Source of the DNA: Clostridia bacterium
GTDB taxonomy: Bacteria; Bacillota; Clostridia; Christensenellales; UBA1242
NCBI GenBank assembly: GCA_036654655.1
Contig: JAVVRP010000003.1
Span: 30,284 to 94,283 of the forward strand
Reading direction: 5' to 3'
Length of the DNA stretch: 64,000 nt
The notes under the pieces were generated by a model. It worked only from the letters and a program-made list of their open reading frames with translations, made no database searches and was not told the DNA's origin. Both the position numbers and the translations under genes were made by a program. Shown here piece after piece: positions 53,845 through 63,568 of this stretch. Each line of letters begins with the position of its first letter. The first letter of the stretch is position 1.

Positions 53845-56800
53845 ATGGATAAATTTGTACACTTGCACGTCCACACAGAATTTAGTTTATTAGACGGCGT
53901 TGCCAGAATAGAAAAACTTGTTAAAACCGTTAAAGAACGTGGATGGCCAGCAGTTGCAATAACTGACCATGGAAACATGTATGGCGCATTAAAATTTTAT
54001 GAAGAATGTCTTAAAGAAGGAATAAAGCCAATAATTGGTTGTGAATTTTATATTTGTGATAATATTCAAGTAAAACAAGGGAAGGCAGATATGGGACACT
54101 TGATTTTGATTGCAAAAAACAACACGGGATATCAAAATTTAATGAAACTTAATTCTATTGCCTTTGTGGACGGATTTTATTATAAGCCAAGAATAGATTA
54201 TAATGTTTTAAAGCAATATTCAGGTGGATTAATTTGTTTGTCGGCGTGCCTTGCGGGGCATATTCCACAGGCAATAGTTGCACAAAATTTTGAAAAGGCG
54301 GAAAAACTTATTCAAGAATACAAAAGTATTTTTGAAGAGGGTGACTTTTATTTAGAACTGCAAAATCATGATATTTTGGAGCAACAAGAAGTTAATTCTT
54401 ATTTACTTAAAATGAGTAAAAAATACAACATAAAAACAGTTATAACAAATGACGTTCATTATATTAACAAAGAAGATGCCGAAGTTCAAGACGTTTTAAT
54501 GTGTGTTCAAATGGTTAAAAAACTAGACGATCCCGACCGTTTAAAATTTTCTTGTAGCGAGTTTTATCTTAAAACGCGTGAAGAACTTTTAGAAAAATTT
54601 CCAAATTGCGAGGAATCATTAAATACAACTCTTGAAATTGCAGACAAATGCGATGTTGTGATTAGAAGTAAATCTCATGGAGACATTAAGGGGATTGATT
54701 CAAAATATATTTTACCAGCCAGCGAAAATTATATTCCAAAATATGTGGCGCCAAACAACATGAAAAATTTTGAGTATTTAAAAAAATTAACGTATGACGG
54801 TCTTAAAGTGAAATACAAAGAAATCACACCAAAAATTTTGGACCGCGTTGAATATGAACTTTCAACCATTAACGAACTTGGTTTTGTTGAATATTTTTTA
54901 GTTGTTTGGGACTATATAAATTTTGCAAGAACAAATGACATCCCTGTTGGGCCAGGGCGTGGCTCTGGCGCGGGAAGTGTTGTTGCATATGCAATTGACA
55001 TAACAAAAGTTGAGCCTCTTAAATATGATCTTATTTTTGAGCGTTTTATCCATAAAGAGCGTGTTTCTATGCCCGACTTTGACATTGATTTTGATTTTGA
55101 CCGAAGGGGCGAAGTTATTGAATATGTTAAGCAAAAGTACTCTCCCGAACATGTTGCATTAATTATAACATTTGGAACAATGGCAGCACGTGTTGCCATA
55201 AGGGATGTTGCAAGGGTTATGAACATGCCAATTTCAGAAGCCGACAAAATTGCAAAACTTGTGCCAGACAAACTTCCAGAAGATATAAAAAAGCCACCAG
55301 TGTTAAAATATTATTTTGGCACAACAGGTAAGTCAGAAAATGACAAATACATTGTTGAAGAACTTAGAGAAATTTATGAAAGTGACGAGGCTGTTAAAAG
55401 AATTATTGACATTGCCATAAAATTAGAAGGAGTGCCAAGAAACACATCCACCCACGCTGCGGGTGTTTTAATTGCACCGTCAAGAACTGACGATTTTGTC
55501 CCACTTTCCAGAAATGGGACAGAAATTTCCACACAATATAACATGATTGAACTGGAACATTTAGGGCTGTTAAAAATGGATTTTTTGGGGTTAAGAACGC
55601 TTACAGACATAGACAAAGCCTTAAAAATGATAAAGCAAAATCACAATGTTGATATAGATTTTTATAACATGGAATATGATGACCAAAGCGTTTATGAACT
55701 TATTGGAACAGGAAACACAGAAGCAATTTTTCAATTGGAAAGTGGCGGATTTAAACGCTTTATGAAGGATTTAAAGCCAAATTGTTTGGAAGATATTATT
55801 GCTGGTGTTGCTCTTTATAGGCCCGGACCAATGGATAGCATTTCAACCTATGTTGCAAATAAACGTGATCCAGAGCACGTTGTTTATGAACACCCACTTT
55901 TGGAACCTATTTTAAAAAAAACATACGGATGCATAATTTATCAAGAACAGGTTATGCAAATATTTCAGGCATTGGGTGGCTATAACATGGGGCAGGCGGA
56001 CAATGTTAGGCGTATTATGGGCAAAAAGAAAAAAGAGGCCATGATAAAGGAACATGAAAAATTTATTTACGGCTGGGAAGACCCAGAAGGCCAAAAAAAT
56101 ATTATAGGTTGCATAAAAAATGGCGTGCCAAAAGAAGTTGCAGAAAGTGTGTTTTCAAAAATGGAAAGTTTTGCGGCATATGCTTTTAACAAATCGCATG
56201 CGGCCGCATATGCGTATCTTTCTTATCAAACAGCATATTTAAAAAAATATTATCAACCAGAATTTTTGGCATCAGTTATAAATAACAGAATTTCAAATGC
56301 AGATGAAATAAGCCATTATGTTACTTATGCACAAAAAGAAAAAATTAAACTTTTTCCGCCAGATATAAACAAAAGCCAAACATATTTTACGGTGGAAAAT
56401 GGTGATTTAAGGTTTGGGCTTGGAGCATTAAAAAATGTTGGAAAAGCAGTTATAGACAATATTATTGCAGAAAGAAATGCAAATGGATTGTACAAGGACT
56501 TTTTAGATTACGTGAGAAGAAGTGATTCACAGGCACTTAATAAAAGATGCCTAGAAAGTTTGATAATCAGTGGTGCATTTGATAGTTTTGGAAAAACTCG
56601 TTCTTCACTTATGGCTGTTTATGACATGGCAGTTGCAAGAGTTTCGGGTGAAAGAAAAAACAAGGCAAAAGGTCAGTTCTCATTTTTTGATCAAGTGGAA
56701 AGTTTTGACAAAATTGAATATCCAAATATAAAAGAATTTAATGCTGATACTCTTTATAAGTATGAAAAAGAAATTATTGGGGTGTATGTTTCGGGTCATC

Positions 56801-57420
56801 CACTTTCCAAATATATGGATATTTTTGAAAACTGCAATTTTACTTCAAATATGCTAGAAAAAGAAAACACGGAAGATGAAGATGTTGACATTGTGGAAAA
56901 GCAAGAATACACTTTAACAAATAACATGCCAGTTGTTTGTTGTGGAATTATAAATCAAATACACAAAGTTGTTCCAAAATCAGGCGGGCAAGAGTTGGCA
57001 ATTATTACAGTGGAGGATTTGTATGGTGAATTTAGGGTAATGATATTTGCGCGTCAGTGGCAAATGTTAAAAAACAAAATAGAAAAGGACAGCATTGTAA
57101 CAATCAATGGAAAAATTTCAATAAGAGAGGGATTTGAAACAATAATTGTTGCAAACAATGTTAACATTGTGCCAAAAAAAGAGGAAGCAGATAAAGACGC
57201 ACAAAAAACAAAAGTATTTTTAAGATTTAATCTTTTGGACGAAGATTTGTATGAAAAAGTTAAGGAACTAATTTTGCATTATAACGGTGATGATGAAATA
57301 ATTGCCAAGTGTACTTCTCAAAACAAAGCGTTTAAACTTGGCACAGTGAACACATCAAACGGGTTTATAAATGAAATAATTGGGCTATTGGGCGAAGAAA
57401 ACGTTATAAAAAAGCAATAA
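53845..57420 (+). CDS. dnaE: DNA polymerase III alpha subunit (DnaE type)
   Basis: The PHP N-terminus reads FVHLHVHTEFSLLDG...AITDHGNMYG. Polymerase motifs are GPGRGSGAGSVVAY, MPDFDIDF, GLLKMDFLGLRTL and FNKSHAAAYA. The product is 1191 aa. Confidence 0.95.
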   Translation: MDKFVHLHVHTEFSLLDGVARIEKLVKTVKERGWPAVAITDHGNMYGALKFYEECLKEGIKPIIGCEFYICDNIQVKQGKADMGHLILIAKNNTGYQNLMKLNSIAFVDGFYYKPRIDYNVLKQYSGGLICLSACLAGHIPQAIVAQNFEKAEKLIQEYKSIFEEGDFYLELQNHDILEQQEVNSYLLKMSKKYNIKTVITNDVHYINKEDAEVQDVLMCVQMVKKLDDPDRLKFSCSEFYLKTREELLEKFPNCEESLNTTLEIADKCDVVIRSKSHGDIKGIDSKYILPASENYIPKYVAPNNMKNFEYLKKLTYDGLKVKYKEITPKILDRVEYELSTINELGFVEYFLVVWDYINFARTNDIPVGPGRGSGAGSVVAYAIDITKVEPLKYDLIFERFIHKERVSMPDFDIDFDFDRRGEVIEYVKQKYSPEHVALIITFGTMAARVAIRDVARVMNMPISEADKIAKLVPDKLPEDIKKPPVLKYYFGTTGKSENDKYIVEELREIYESDEAVKRIIDIAIKLEGVPRNTSTHAAGVLIAPSRTDDFVPLSRNGTEISTQYNMIELEHLGLLKMDFLGLRTLTDIDKALKMIKQNHNVDIDFYNMEYDDQSVYELIGTGNTEAIFQLESGGFKRFMKDLKPNCLEDIIAGVALYRPGPMDSISTYVANKRDPEHVVYEHPLLEPILKKTYGCIIYQEQVMQIFQALGGYNMGQADNVRRIMGKKKKEAMIKEHEKFIYGWEDPEGQKNIIGCIKNGVPKEVAESVFSKMESFAAYAFNKSHAAAYAYLSYQTAYLKKYYQPEFLASVINNRISNADEISHYVTYAQKEKIKLFPPDINKSQTYFTVENGDLRFGLGALKNVGKAVIDNIIAERNANGLYKDFLDYVRRSDSQALNKRCLESLIISGAFDSFGKTRSSLMAVYDMAVARVSGERKNKAKGQFSFFDQVESFDKIEYPNIKEFNADTLYKYEKEIIGVYVSGHPLSKYMDIFENCNFTSNMLEKENTEDEDVDIVEKQEYTLTNNMPVVCCGIINQIHKVVPKSGGQELAIITVEDLYGEFRVMIFARQWQMLKNKIEKDSIVTINGKISIREGFETIIVANNVNIVPKKEEADKDAQKTKVFLRFNLLDEDLYEKVKELILHYNGDDEIIAKCTSQNKAFKLGTVNTSNGFINEIIGLLGEENVIKKQ

Positions 57421-57442
57421 TAATTAAATAAAGGAGGCAGGT

Positions 57443-58363
57443 GTGAACATTCTTTTTATGGCTAGTGGTGGAGATTCACAAGGAATGAATTTTTGTTTTT
57501 GGCAAATGGCAAAAAAATTGTTTAAGCAAAATATTTTTATTTGCGAAAGTGGATTAGAGGGCCTTATAGATAACAAAATTAAAAAATTAGACTTAAAATA
57601 TTTTTCATTGCACAAATATGAAAGTGGTGTTTGCATAAAAACTTCCAGAAGTAAAAGATTTTTGTTACAAAAATATCAAAAACAAGCCATTAACAATCTT
57701 GAAAAAAATGACATAAAAAAAATTGTAATGCTGGGTGGAAATGGTTCGTTTTTAGCCTCAAAAGAACTTGCAAAACATGTTGAATTATGTTTTGTTCCTG
57801 CAACAATAGATAATGATTTTGAACTTACAAACTATTGTTTAGGTCATGACACGGCGGTCACAAATGCTGTTGAATATATATTGCAATGCAAAAATACTCT
57901 TGCGTGCATGAGCAGAACAGGAATTTTTGAAGTTATGGGCAGAAATAGCCCGCAATTAGCAAAAAACGTTGCACAAAAGGTTGATGCCGATTTGCTAGTG
58001 TATCAAAACTTTGTTTCAGTAAAATGTAATTATAACAAAAATATTTTAGAAACTCAAAACCTTACAATTCAATCTTTTGCAAATATATTAAAGCAAATTA
58101 AAACAAAACAATCAAGCCCAATAATCGTGATGCAAGAAAATATTTTTGTAACAGGAAAACCTTTTGAACACGAATTAGAAAAACTTATTAATAGTGATAT
58201 CACAATTTCTGTAATTGGAGTGATTCAAAGAGGAGGCGTTCCAACAAAAACAGAACTTTTGTTTGCAAAAAAATTTGCAAATGCTGTGGTCAAAAATATA
58301 AACAACTCCAAAAGTTTTGTTGTGATTGAGGATAACAAAAAAATTAAAATTATAAATTATTAA
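57443..58363 (+). CDS. pfkA: 6-phosphofructokinase-like protein (divergent PfkA family)
   Basis: PfkA-like motifs are ASGGDSQGMN, LGGNGS, PATIDND, EVMGRN and IQRGG. Its position directly after dnaE recalls the Bacillus dnaE...pfkA neighbourhood. Several substrate-site residues differ (see findings). Confidence 0.65.
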   Translation: MNILFMASGGDSQGMNFCFWQMAKKLFKQNIFICESGLEGLIDNKIKKLDLKYFSLHKYESGVCIKTSRSKRFLLQKYQKQAINNLEKNDIKKIVMLGGNGSFLASKELAKHVELCFVPATIDNDFELTNYCLGHDTAVTNAVEYILQCKNTLACMSRTGIFEVMGRNSPQLAKNVAQKVDADLLVYQNFVSVKCNYNKNILETQNLTIQSFANILKQIKTKQSSPIIVMQENIFVTGKPFEHELEKLINSDITISVIGVIQRGGVPTKTELLFAKKFANAVVKNINNSKSFVVIEDNKKIKIINY

Positions 58364-58383
58364 TGTTACAAAGTTATGGCATG

Positions 58384-58414
58384 TGGCTGGGTGTTAAATC
58401 CAGTCATTTTTTTT
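58384..58414 (+). terminator. Intrinsic terminator after pfkA-like gene
   Basis: Stem TGGCTGG / CCAGTCA (one G-U pair) has a 9-nt loop and is followed by T8. Confidence 0.65.
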
Positions 58415-58443
58415 GCATTCAAACTTGTGTTTCAAAACCGCTA

Positions 58444-58472
58444 TTGACAGTAAGGAATAAGTATAATATAAT
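58444..58472 (+). promoter_or_regulatory. Consensus sigma-70-type promoter of the 58.5-kb GLUG gene
   Basis: TTGACA (58444-49), a 17-nt spacer, then TATAAT (58467-72). It is followed by SD AGGAGGGAG and ATG 58496. Confidence 0.6.
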
Positions 58473-58495
58473 AAAATAAAAACAGGAGGGAGTTG

Positions 58496-61159
58496 ATGAA
58501 AAGATTTTTTATGTATCTTATAGTTGCAACAGTAATTATTTTTGTTGGGCTAACAACATATTATGCAGTCAGAAATGTTGAAACAATCAACCTCACGGCA
58601 AAAAATGGAGAGATAAAGGCCAACATTGGTGACACCTTTGACATGCCATTAAAAATAAATCAACAACACGCCAGAACCATAATTTCTGAACCTGATTTTG
58701 ACGCAAATATTTTGTCTTATAACAAAAACACAAAAGTGTTTACTGCACTTGCTGCTGGCAATTCTTATGTGGACATAACCACAAATCATAAAGGAAAAGA
58801 AAAAATAGAATTTAATGTGATTGTTGGAAATGGCTCTCCAACAAATCCATATTATATATCATGTAAAAATCAATTATCAAAAATAGGCGGGGCGGACTGG
58901 GGTAACGATAAATGTTATGAACTTACATCTGATATAAATTTAAATAATGAAGAATGGGCTCCAATTAAAAATTTTTCGGGTGAGTTTTATGGAAATGGAT
59001 TTTGTATTTCCAACTTAAAAGTTACACAAAATCAAAACAATGCTGGGCTTTTTTCAAATATTTTACCGCAAGGCAAAGTTGAAGGCTTAAAATTTTTAAA
59101 CGTAAATTTAACTGGAAGTTTTGCTAATGCTGGCGCAGTTGCTGGAACCAGTAATGGATTTGTTAATAAAATTGATTTAAAAAGTGTAAACATAAACAAT
59201 ACAAGTGAAACATCTTGCTCTGGTGGCGCAATTGGCAGTGCAATATATAAATCTGGTGGAAAACCACAAATAAGCCTGATTGTATGTGATTCTAACATTG
59301 TTTCGTGCGGCGTTGTTGGTGGAATTGTTGGAAGTTTAACAGACGGAGTTGTTAATAACTGCAAGTCAACAATAAGCGCAAATGTAAGTGGCAAATGTTT
59401 TGGCGGAGTTGTTGGCACTTTAAAAAGTAATCAAAAAAACACAGTAGTACAAAACTCACTTTCAGTTTTTAAAGTTTTAAATTTGGAAAAATCAAAATTT
59501 ATTGGGGGCACAATAGGGGGCGTTGAGGGCAACAGGCTTTTGATAAATAACAATTATTTTGTTTCAAATTTGTGTTTTGCAAATTCAAGTTTAATTAAAG
59601 GTTGCAGTGAACAGCCAGCAATTAATTTATTTTCTAAATCAACTTACAAAAGTTGGAATTTTAAAGATGTTTGGGAAATTAATGATGGCATAGATTATGC
59701 CACAATTTTGGAAGATGCCGAATTTGAACATTGCGGTATTTTTGAAGTTGGTGAAACAATTCAATCCAATTCAACATTAAAGTCTGCTTTTGAATATATG
59801 CGAAACAACCCAAGTGAAGTTGTTGAATATAACATAATATCTAACATAGATTTAAATTTAAATGGGGCTGAGTGGGCTCCAATTGGCACGCAAGGCAATC
59901 CTTTTTGCGGAAAAATTGTTGTTAAAGATAAAGTTAGTGTTAAAATCTCTAATTTTAAAATAACAAAAACATATGAAAACGTTGGATTTTTTGGTTGCAC
60001 AGGAATGTACTTTGTTATAAACAATGTAAATTTTTCTAATGTACAAATAACAGCAAATGCAAGTAGTTTGGGCGTAATTGTTGGAGAAAATTCTGGCAAA
60101 GTGTTAAATTGCGGTGTTGAAAACATTTTAATTACATCTCAATCCTCGGTTATTGGTGGAATTGTTGGAATAAATAATGGGGATTTAAAAGAAACAACAA
60201 TTAACAAAGATTATTTGTCAGCAAATGGCAAAACAATTTTATCAACAGGTTCAGATGGTGTTATTGGTGGAATTTGCGGTGTTAACAATTCAAATATTAT
60301 AAGTTGCATTGCCGACCAACTTGAAATTGCAACAAACAGCAAAAGTGACACAACTTTAAAAGTTATTGGTGGAATTGCGGGCAAAAGCAATGCAGGAGAA
60401 ATTAACAAATGTAATTCGTATGTGATTGTTCTTGGCGAAAACGGTTCCATTTTAAGTGGCGGAATTGTTGGTGAAAGCAAAAATTCAATAATTTCACATT
60501 GCAAATCCATGTGTACAATTACGTCTGGGGCTGGAAACACAAATTCAAGGGCGGGTGGAATTGTTGGAGTTGCTGGTGCAAGCACTTTAATTGAATCTTG
60601 CTCAACATTTTCCACAATATCAGCAGAAGTTGTTGGAGGGTTAACTTACAAAAACTATGGCGAAATAAAAAATTCCAGCGTTGAAGGTGGAATTACAAGC
60701 GGAAAAAATATTAGTGGTCTATCTCACATTAACGGTGGTAAAATTAATGATTGTATGGCTTTGGGCGTTCTTCAAACCACAACAGAAACAGTTGCGTGTG
60801 GATTATCAAACACACTTGAAAAAGGGTCCAGTATAAATAATTGTTTTTCAAATGTAATTTACACGGGAGATGGAACTGAAAAATATGTTGAAAGTAAATC
60901 GGCATTCAGAACAATTATTGAGTCTGACAGACAAAATATTGGAACATTAACAAATTGCATCTCAATTAATTATGGAACGGCGTATATTCAAAAAAATATA
61001 TTTGGCACGGGTGATTTTATTTATTGTACAAAAGAAGAGGCAACAGGCAAAACAGGGAACTTTGCAAAATTTATTAATGCAGGTTTTAGTTCTTTAATTT
61101 GGAACTTTGACAATGTTGGAGATTTTCCAATTTTAAAAACATGTGTAACATTTGCATAA
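58496..61159 (+). CDS. Signal-anchored GLUG-motif repeat protein with N-terminal Ig-like module
   Basis: ATG 58496 follows the SD. The N-terminal TM is FFMYLIVATVIIFVGLTTYYAV. The entry motif is TNPYYISCKNQLSKI. There are many GLUG units (VVGGIVGSL, CFGGVVGTL, VIGGIVGIN, VIGGICGVN, VIGGIAGKS, LSGGIVGES, RAGGIVGVA). The terminal motif is NVGDFPILK. Confidence 0.75.
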   Translation: MKRFFMYLIVATVIIFVGLTTYYAVRNVETINLTAKNGEIKANIGDTFDMPLKINQQHARTIISEPDFDANILSYNKNTKVFTALAAGNSYVDITTNHKGKEKIEFNVIVGNGSPTNPYYISCKNQLSKIGGADWGNDKCYELTSDINLNNEEWAPIKNFSGEFYGNGFCISNLKVTQNQNNAGLFSNILPQGKVEGLKFLNVNLTGSFANAGAVAGTSNGFVNKIDLKSVNINNTSETSCSGGAIGSAIYKSGGKPQISLIVCDSNIVSCGVVGGIVGSLTDGVVNNCKSTISANVSGKCFGGVVGTLKSNQKNTVVQNSLSVFKVLNLEKSKFIGGTIGGVEGNRLLINNNYFVSNLCFANSSLIKGCSEQPAINLFSKSTYKSWNFKDVWEINDGIDYATILEDAEFEHCGIFEVGETIQSNSTLKSAFEYMRNNPSEVVEYNIISNIDLNLNGAEWAPIGTQGNPFCGKIVVKDKVSVKISNFKITKTYENVGFFGCTGMYFVINNVNFSNVQITANASSLGVIVGENSGKVLNCGVENILITSQSSVIGGIVGINNGDLKETTINKDYLSANGKTILSTGSDGVIGGICGVNNSNIISCIADQLEIATNSKSDTTLKVIGGIAGKSNAGEINKCNSYVIVLGENGSILSGGIVGESKNSIISHCKSMCTITSGAGNTNSRAGGIVGVAGASTLIESCSTFSTISAEVVGGLTYKNYGEIKNSSVEGGITSGKNISGLSHINGGKINDCMALGVLQTTTETVACGLSNTLEKGSSINNCFSNVIYTGDGTEKYVESKSAFRTIIESDRQNIGTLTNCISINYGTAYIQKNIFGTGDFIYCTKEEATGKTGNFAKFINAGFSSLIWNFDNVGDFPILKTCVTFA

Positions 61160-61163
61160 AAAT

Positions 61164-61234
61164 TAAAAAAAAATAAACTTTGCAAGGCGTGCAATTAAAT
61201 TAAAAGTATTTAATTTGACCACGCAAAACCTTGC
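61164..61234 (-). terminator. Long imperfect hairpin + U-run terminating spoVG (minus strand)
   Basis: GCAAGG-CGTG-CAATTAAAT...ATTTAATTTG-(AC)CACG-CAAAA-CCTTGC spans 61182-61234. On the minus strand it is followed by a T9 run (the plus-strand A-run 61165-61173). Confidence 0.6.
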
Positions 61235-61268
61235 TTAAAAATTATAAAAAGTGCAAACAAACACAAAA

Positions 61269-61544
61269 TTAAATTTGTGTAGATTTTAAAATTGTGTCAT
61301 ATGCAGTTAAAATTTCTTTACGTAACATTTCTCGTGTTTCGGTATTTATTGGGTGAACAATATCCTTATGTTCGCCATCAGGTGTTTTTCTGCTTGGCAT
61401 TGAAATAAACAACCCGTCTTTGCCGTCAATTATTTTGATGTCATGAACAACAAAGCAATCATCAATTGTCATTGATGCAACTGCCCTTAGTTTGCTTTCA
61501 TCATTTTTTTTAACAAGCCTTACTCTAACGTCTGAAATTTTCAA
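61269..61544 (-). CDS. spoVG: Septation/regulatory protein SpoVG
   Basis: (M)[65 protein letters not shown] is a near-textbook SpoVG sequence. The apparent start codon is TTG. Confidence 0.93.
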   Translation of the reverse strand: MKISDVRVRLVKKNDESKLRAVASMTIDDCFVVHDIKIIDGKDGLFISMPSRKTPDGEHKDIVHPINTETREMLRKEILTAYDTILKSTQI

Positions 61545-61589
61545 GTTTTTGTACCATCCTTTTTATTTCTAGCATTTCCAGCCACACAT

Positions 61590-61618
61590 ATTATACAATG
61601 TTTTTTTATGTTTTTCAA
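61590..61618 (-). promoter_or_regulatory. Consensus promoter for spoVG
   Basis: On the minus strand it reads TTGAAA (61618-61613), a 17-nt spacer, then TATAAT (61595-61590). Confidence 0.6.
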
Positions 61619-61710
61619 ATAAATTAAGGCCCAAAAACGTTAAATTTTAAACAAAATTATAAAAAAATGAAAAATTCAACATAATAACTTTTTAAACATA
61701 TAAAAAACTA

Positions 61711-63036
61711 GTGGAAAAAAAAGATATATTCACGGCAAAAATTAAACCACGTATGTTTTTTGTGGGGATAGGCGGAATTAGCATGGGAGCACTTGCCATG
61801 CTTTGTTTAGCGCGTGGGTTTTGTGTTACAGGTTCAGACAGCGCAAAAAATTTGATGACTCAAAAACTTGTTGCTAGTGGTGTTGAAGTGTATTTTGGGC
61901 ACAGCGAAAAAAACATAAAAAATGTTGATATTGTTATATATTCAGGGGCAATAAAAGAATCTAATCCCGAACTTGTGGAAGCAAAGTTGCAAGGCTTGTT
62001 AATAATTTCACGTGGCGAATTTTTGGGAGAATTTTCACAACAGTTCAAAAACGTTATTGCAGTTAGTGGTGCACATGGAAAAACAACAACATGTGCAATG
62101 CTGGCAGAAATTTTTACGCTGGCAGGCAAAAACCCAACCGTGCATGTTGGTGGCTTTATAAACAAGTTTTCTTCAAACTTTGTTAATGGTGAAAATGAGT
62201 TTTTAATTACAGAAGCATGTGAATATCAAAACGCTTTTTTAAATTTAATGCCAGATACTGGGGTAATATTAAATGTTGAGCCAGAACATTTGGATTTTTT
62301 TGGAACGTATGATAATGTTGTAAATGCTTTTAAAACTTTTGCAAATCAAAGTAATTTTGTAATTTCAAATGATGCAAATTACATTAATTTAGGTGAATGT
62401 TTTGGAAACAAAAATGGGTATTATTCAAAAAACGTTGTAATTAACAAAAACCATATTAAATTTGAGTGTTGGTTAAAAACAAAGCGAGTTGGCAAATTTT
62501 GGGTTAAAGCATATGGCGAACATAATGTTCAAAATGCACTTGTTGCAATAGGTGTTGCAAAGCATTATGGAATTGCGGGCAAATACATAAACAAAGCACT
62601 TAAAAATTTTGAAGGAACAAAACGAAGATTTCAAATTTTGCAAAATAATCCGCTTGTAATTCATGATTATGCACATCATCCAACCGAAATAAAAACAGCA
62701 ATTTTAACCATGAGAAAACTTTACAAAGGTGTAATTTCTGTTATTTTTCAGCCACACACTTACAGCAGAACACAAACATTGTTTAACGATTTTTTATTAT
62801 CACTAAGCCACGCTGACAAAGTTGTTATTTTGCCAACATATTCTGCAAGAGAGCAAGAAATTGTTGGTGCAACCGGATTTTCACTTGCAGAAAAATTAAT
62901 ACAAAAAGGTGTGTGTTGCACTTATGCACCAAATTTTGAAACAGCAGATTGTTTGATAAAAATGTTAAAAAAAACATCATCAGTAATTTTAATTTTGGGT
63001 GCAGGCGACTTGTTAGGTATTGTGCCAGATATTTAA
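61711..63036 (+). CDS. murC: UDP-N-acetylmuramate--L-alanine ligase
   Basis: Motifs FFVGIGGISMGALA, VSGAHGKTTT and DYAHHPTEI are present in a 441-aa product. The start is GTG (or an internal ATG 14 codons downstream). Confidence 0.92.
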   Translation: MEKKDIFTAKIKPRMFFVGIGGISMGALAMLCLARGFCVTGSDSAKNLMTQKLVASGVEVYFGHSEKNIKNVDIVIYSGAIKESNPELVEAKLQGLLIISRGEFLGEFSQQFKNVIAVSGAHGKTTTCAMLAEIFTLAGKNPTVHVGGFINKFSSNFVNGENEFLITEACEYQNAFLNLMPDTGVILNVEPEHLDFFGTYDNVVNAFKTFANQSNFVISNDANYINLGECFGNKNGYYSKNVVINKNHIKFECWLKTKRVGKFWVKAYGEHNVQNALVAIGVAKHYGIAGKYINKALKNFEGTKRRFQILQNNPLVIHDYAHHPTEIKTAILTMRKLYKGVISVIFQPHTYSRTQTLFNDFLLSLSHADKVVILPTYSAREQEIVGATGFSLAEKLIQKGVCCTYAPNFETADCLIKMLKKTSSVILILGAGDLLGIVPDI

Positions 63037-63042
63037 TTTTTG

Positions 63043-63354
63043 TTAATCATTTTTTAAAAACGTTATGCAAAAAGGTTTTTCATTTATGGAGTTAATCGTT
63101 ATTCCATTTGCATTGCATTTTCCTTTTTCATTAAACAAACAATGCGCTTTACATTCCAAATTCATTTTTTGAATATGCCTGCTAGCCGAATATTTTGGCG
63201 GTTTTTCCAAAATATTTAAAGTTGTGTCTGGCGCCTTGCTTCCGTCTTTTTTAAAAGAAAGGCAATTTAATGTGTTGTTTATACAAATACCTTTTTTTTG
63301 GCAAACAAAATCCTTGTTAAAAGCACACTGGGTTTTACGGCAACAAATATTCAT
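63043..63354 (-). CDS. Cysteine-rich protein with two DUF1540-like repeats
   Basis: The two repeats are CCRKTQCAFNKDFVCQKKGICI and LECKAHCLFNEKGKCNANGITI. An SD AAGGAGA lies upstream on the minus strand. Confidence 0.55.
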   Translation of the reverse strand: MNICCRKTQCAFNKDFVCQKKGICINNTLNCLSFKKDGSKAPDTTLNILEKPPKYSASRHIQKMNLECKAHCLFNEKGKCNANGITINSINEKPFCITFLKND

Positions 63355-63403
63355 TTTTTTCTCCTTGAAAAATTATTTCCCAAAAAAAAATTGTCATTCG
63401 TAT

Positions 63404-63432
63404 TTGACAACTTATTTTTTATATGTTATAAC
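63404..63432 (+). promoter_or_regulatory. Promoter TTGACA-17-TGtTATAAC immediately upstream of the LexA box
   Basis: TTGACA spans 63404-09, followed by a 17-nt spacer. An extended TG lies at 63424-25 and the -10 TATAAC at 63427-32. Confidence 0.5.
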
Positions 63433-63433
63433 T

Positions 63434-63447
63434 AGAACATATGTTCA
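63434..63447. promoter_or_regulatory. LexA/DinR SOS (Cheo) box
   Basis: AGAACATATGTTCA is a perfect GAAC-N4-GTTC palindrome. It matches 12 of 14 positions of the Bacillus consensus CGAACATATGTTCG. It starts 2 nt after the -10 hexamer and covers the predicted TSS. Confidence 0.6.
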
Positions 63448-63519
63448 AGTTGATTGTTGCAATTGTCACCTTGATTATATGAGTTTTGTATAAATTGTGA
63501 AGAATATTGTCATATATCA

Positions 63520-63549
63520 TTGACATTTTACAAAACTCTCAGTTATAAT
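63520..63549 (+). promoter_or_regulatory. Consensus promoter proximal to the HTH gene
   Basis: TTGACA (63520-25), an 18-nt spacer, then TATAAT (63544-49). SD GGGAGG follows at 63558-63 and ATG at 63569. Confidence 0.65.
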
Positions 63550-63568
63550 TTTTGTGTAGGGAGGAATT

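Noticed and set aside
63224-63493. 89-aa plus-strand ORF spanning the DUF1540 gene start and the divergent intergenic region.
   Set aside because: It is antisense to a better-supported Cys-rich gene and runs through the promoter and operator elements. It has no SD.
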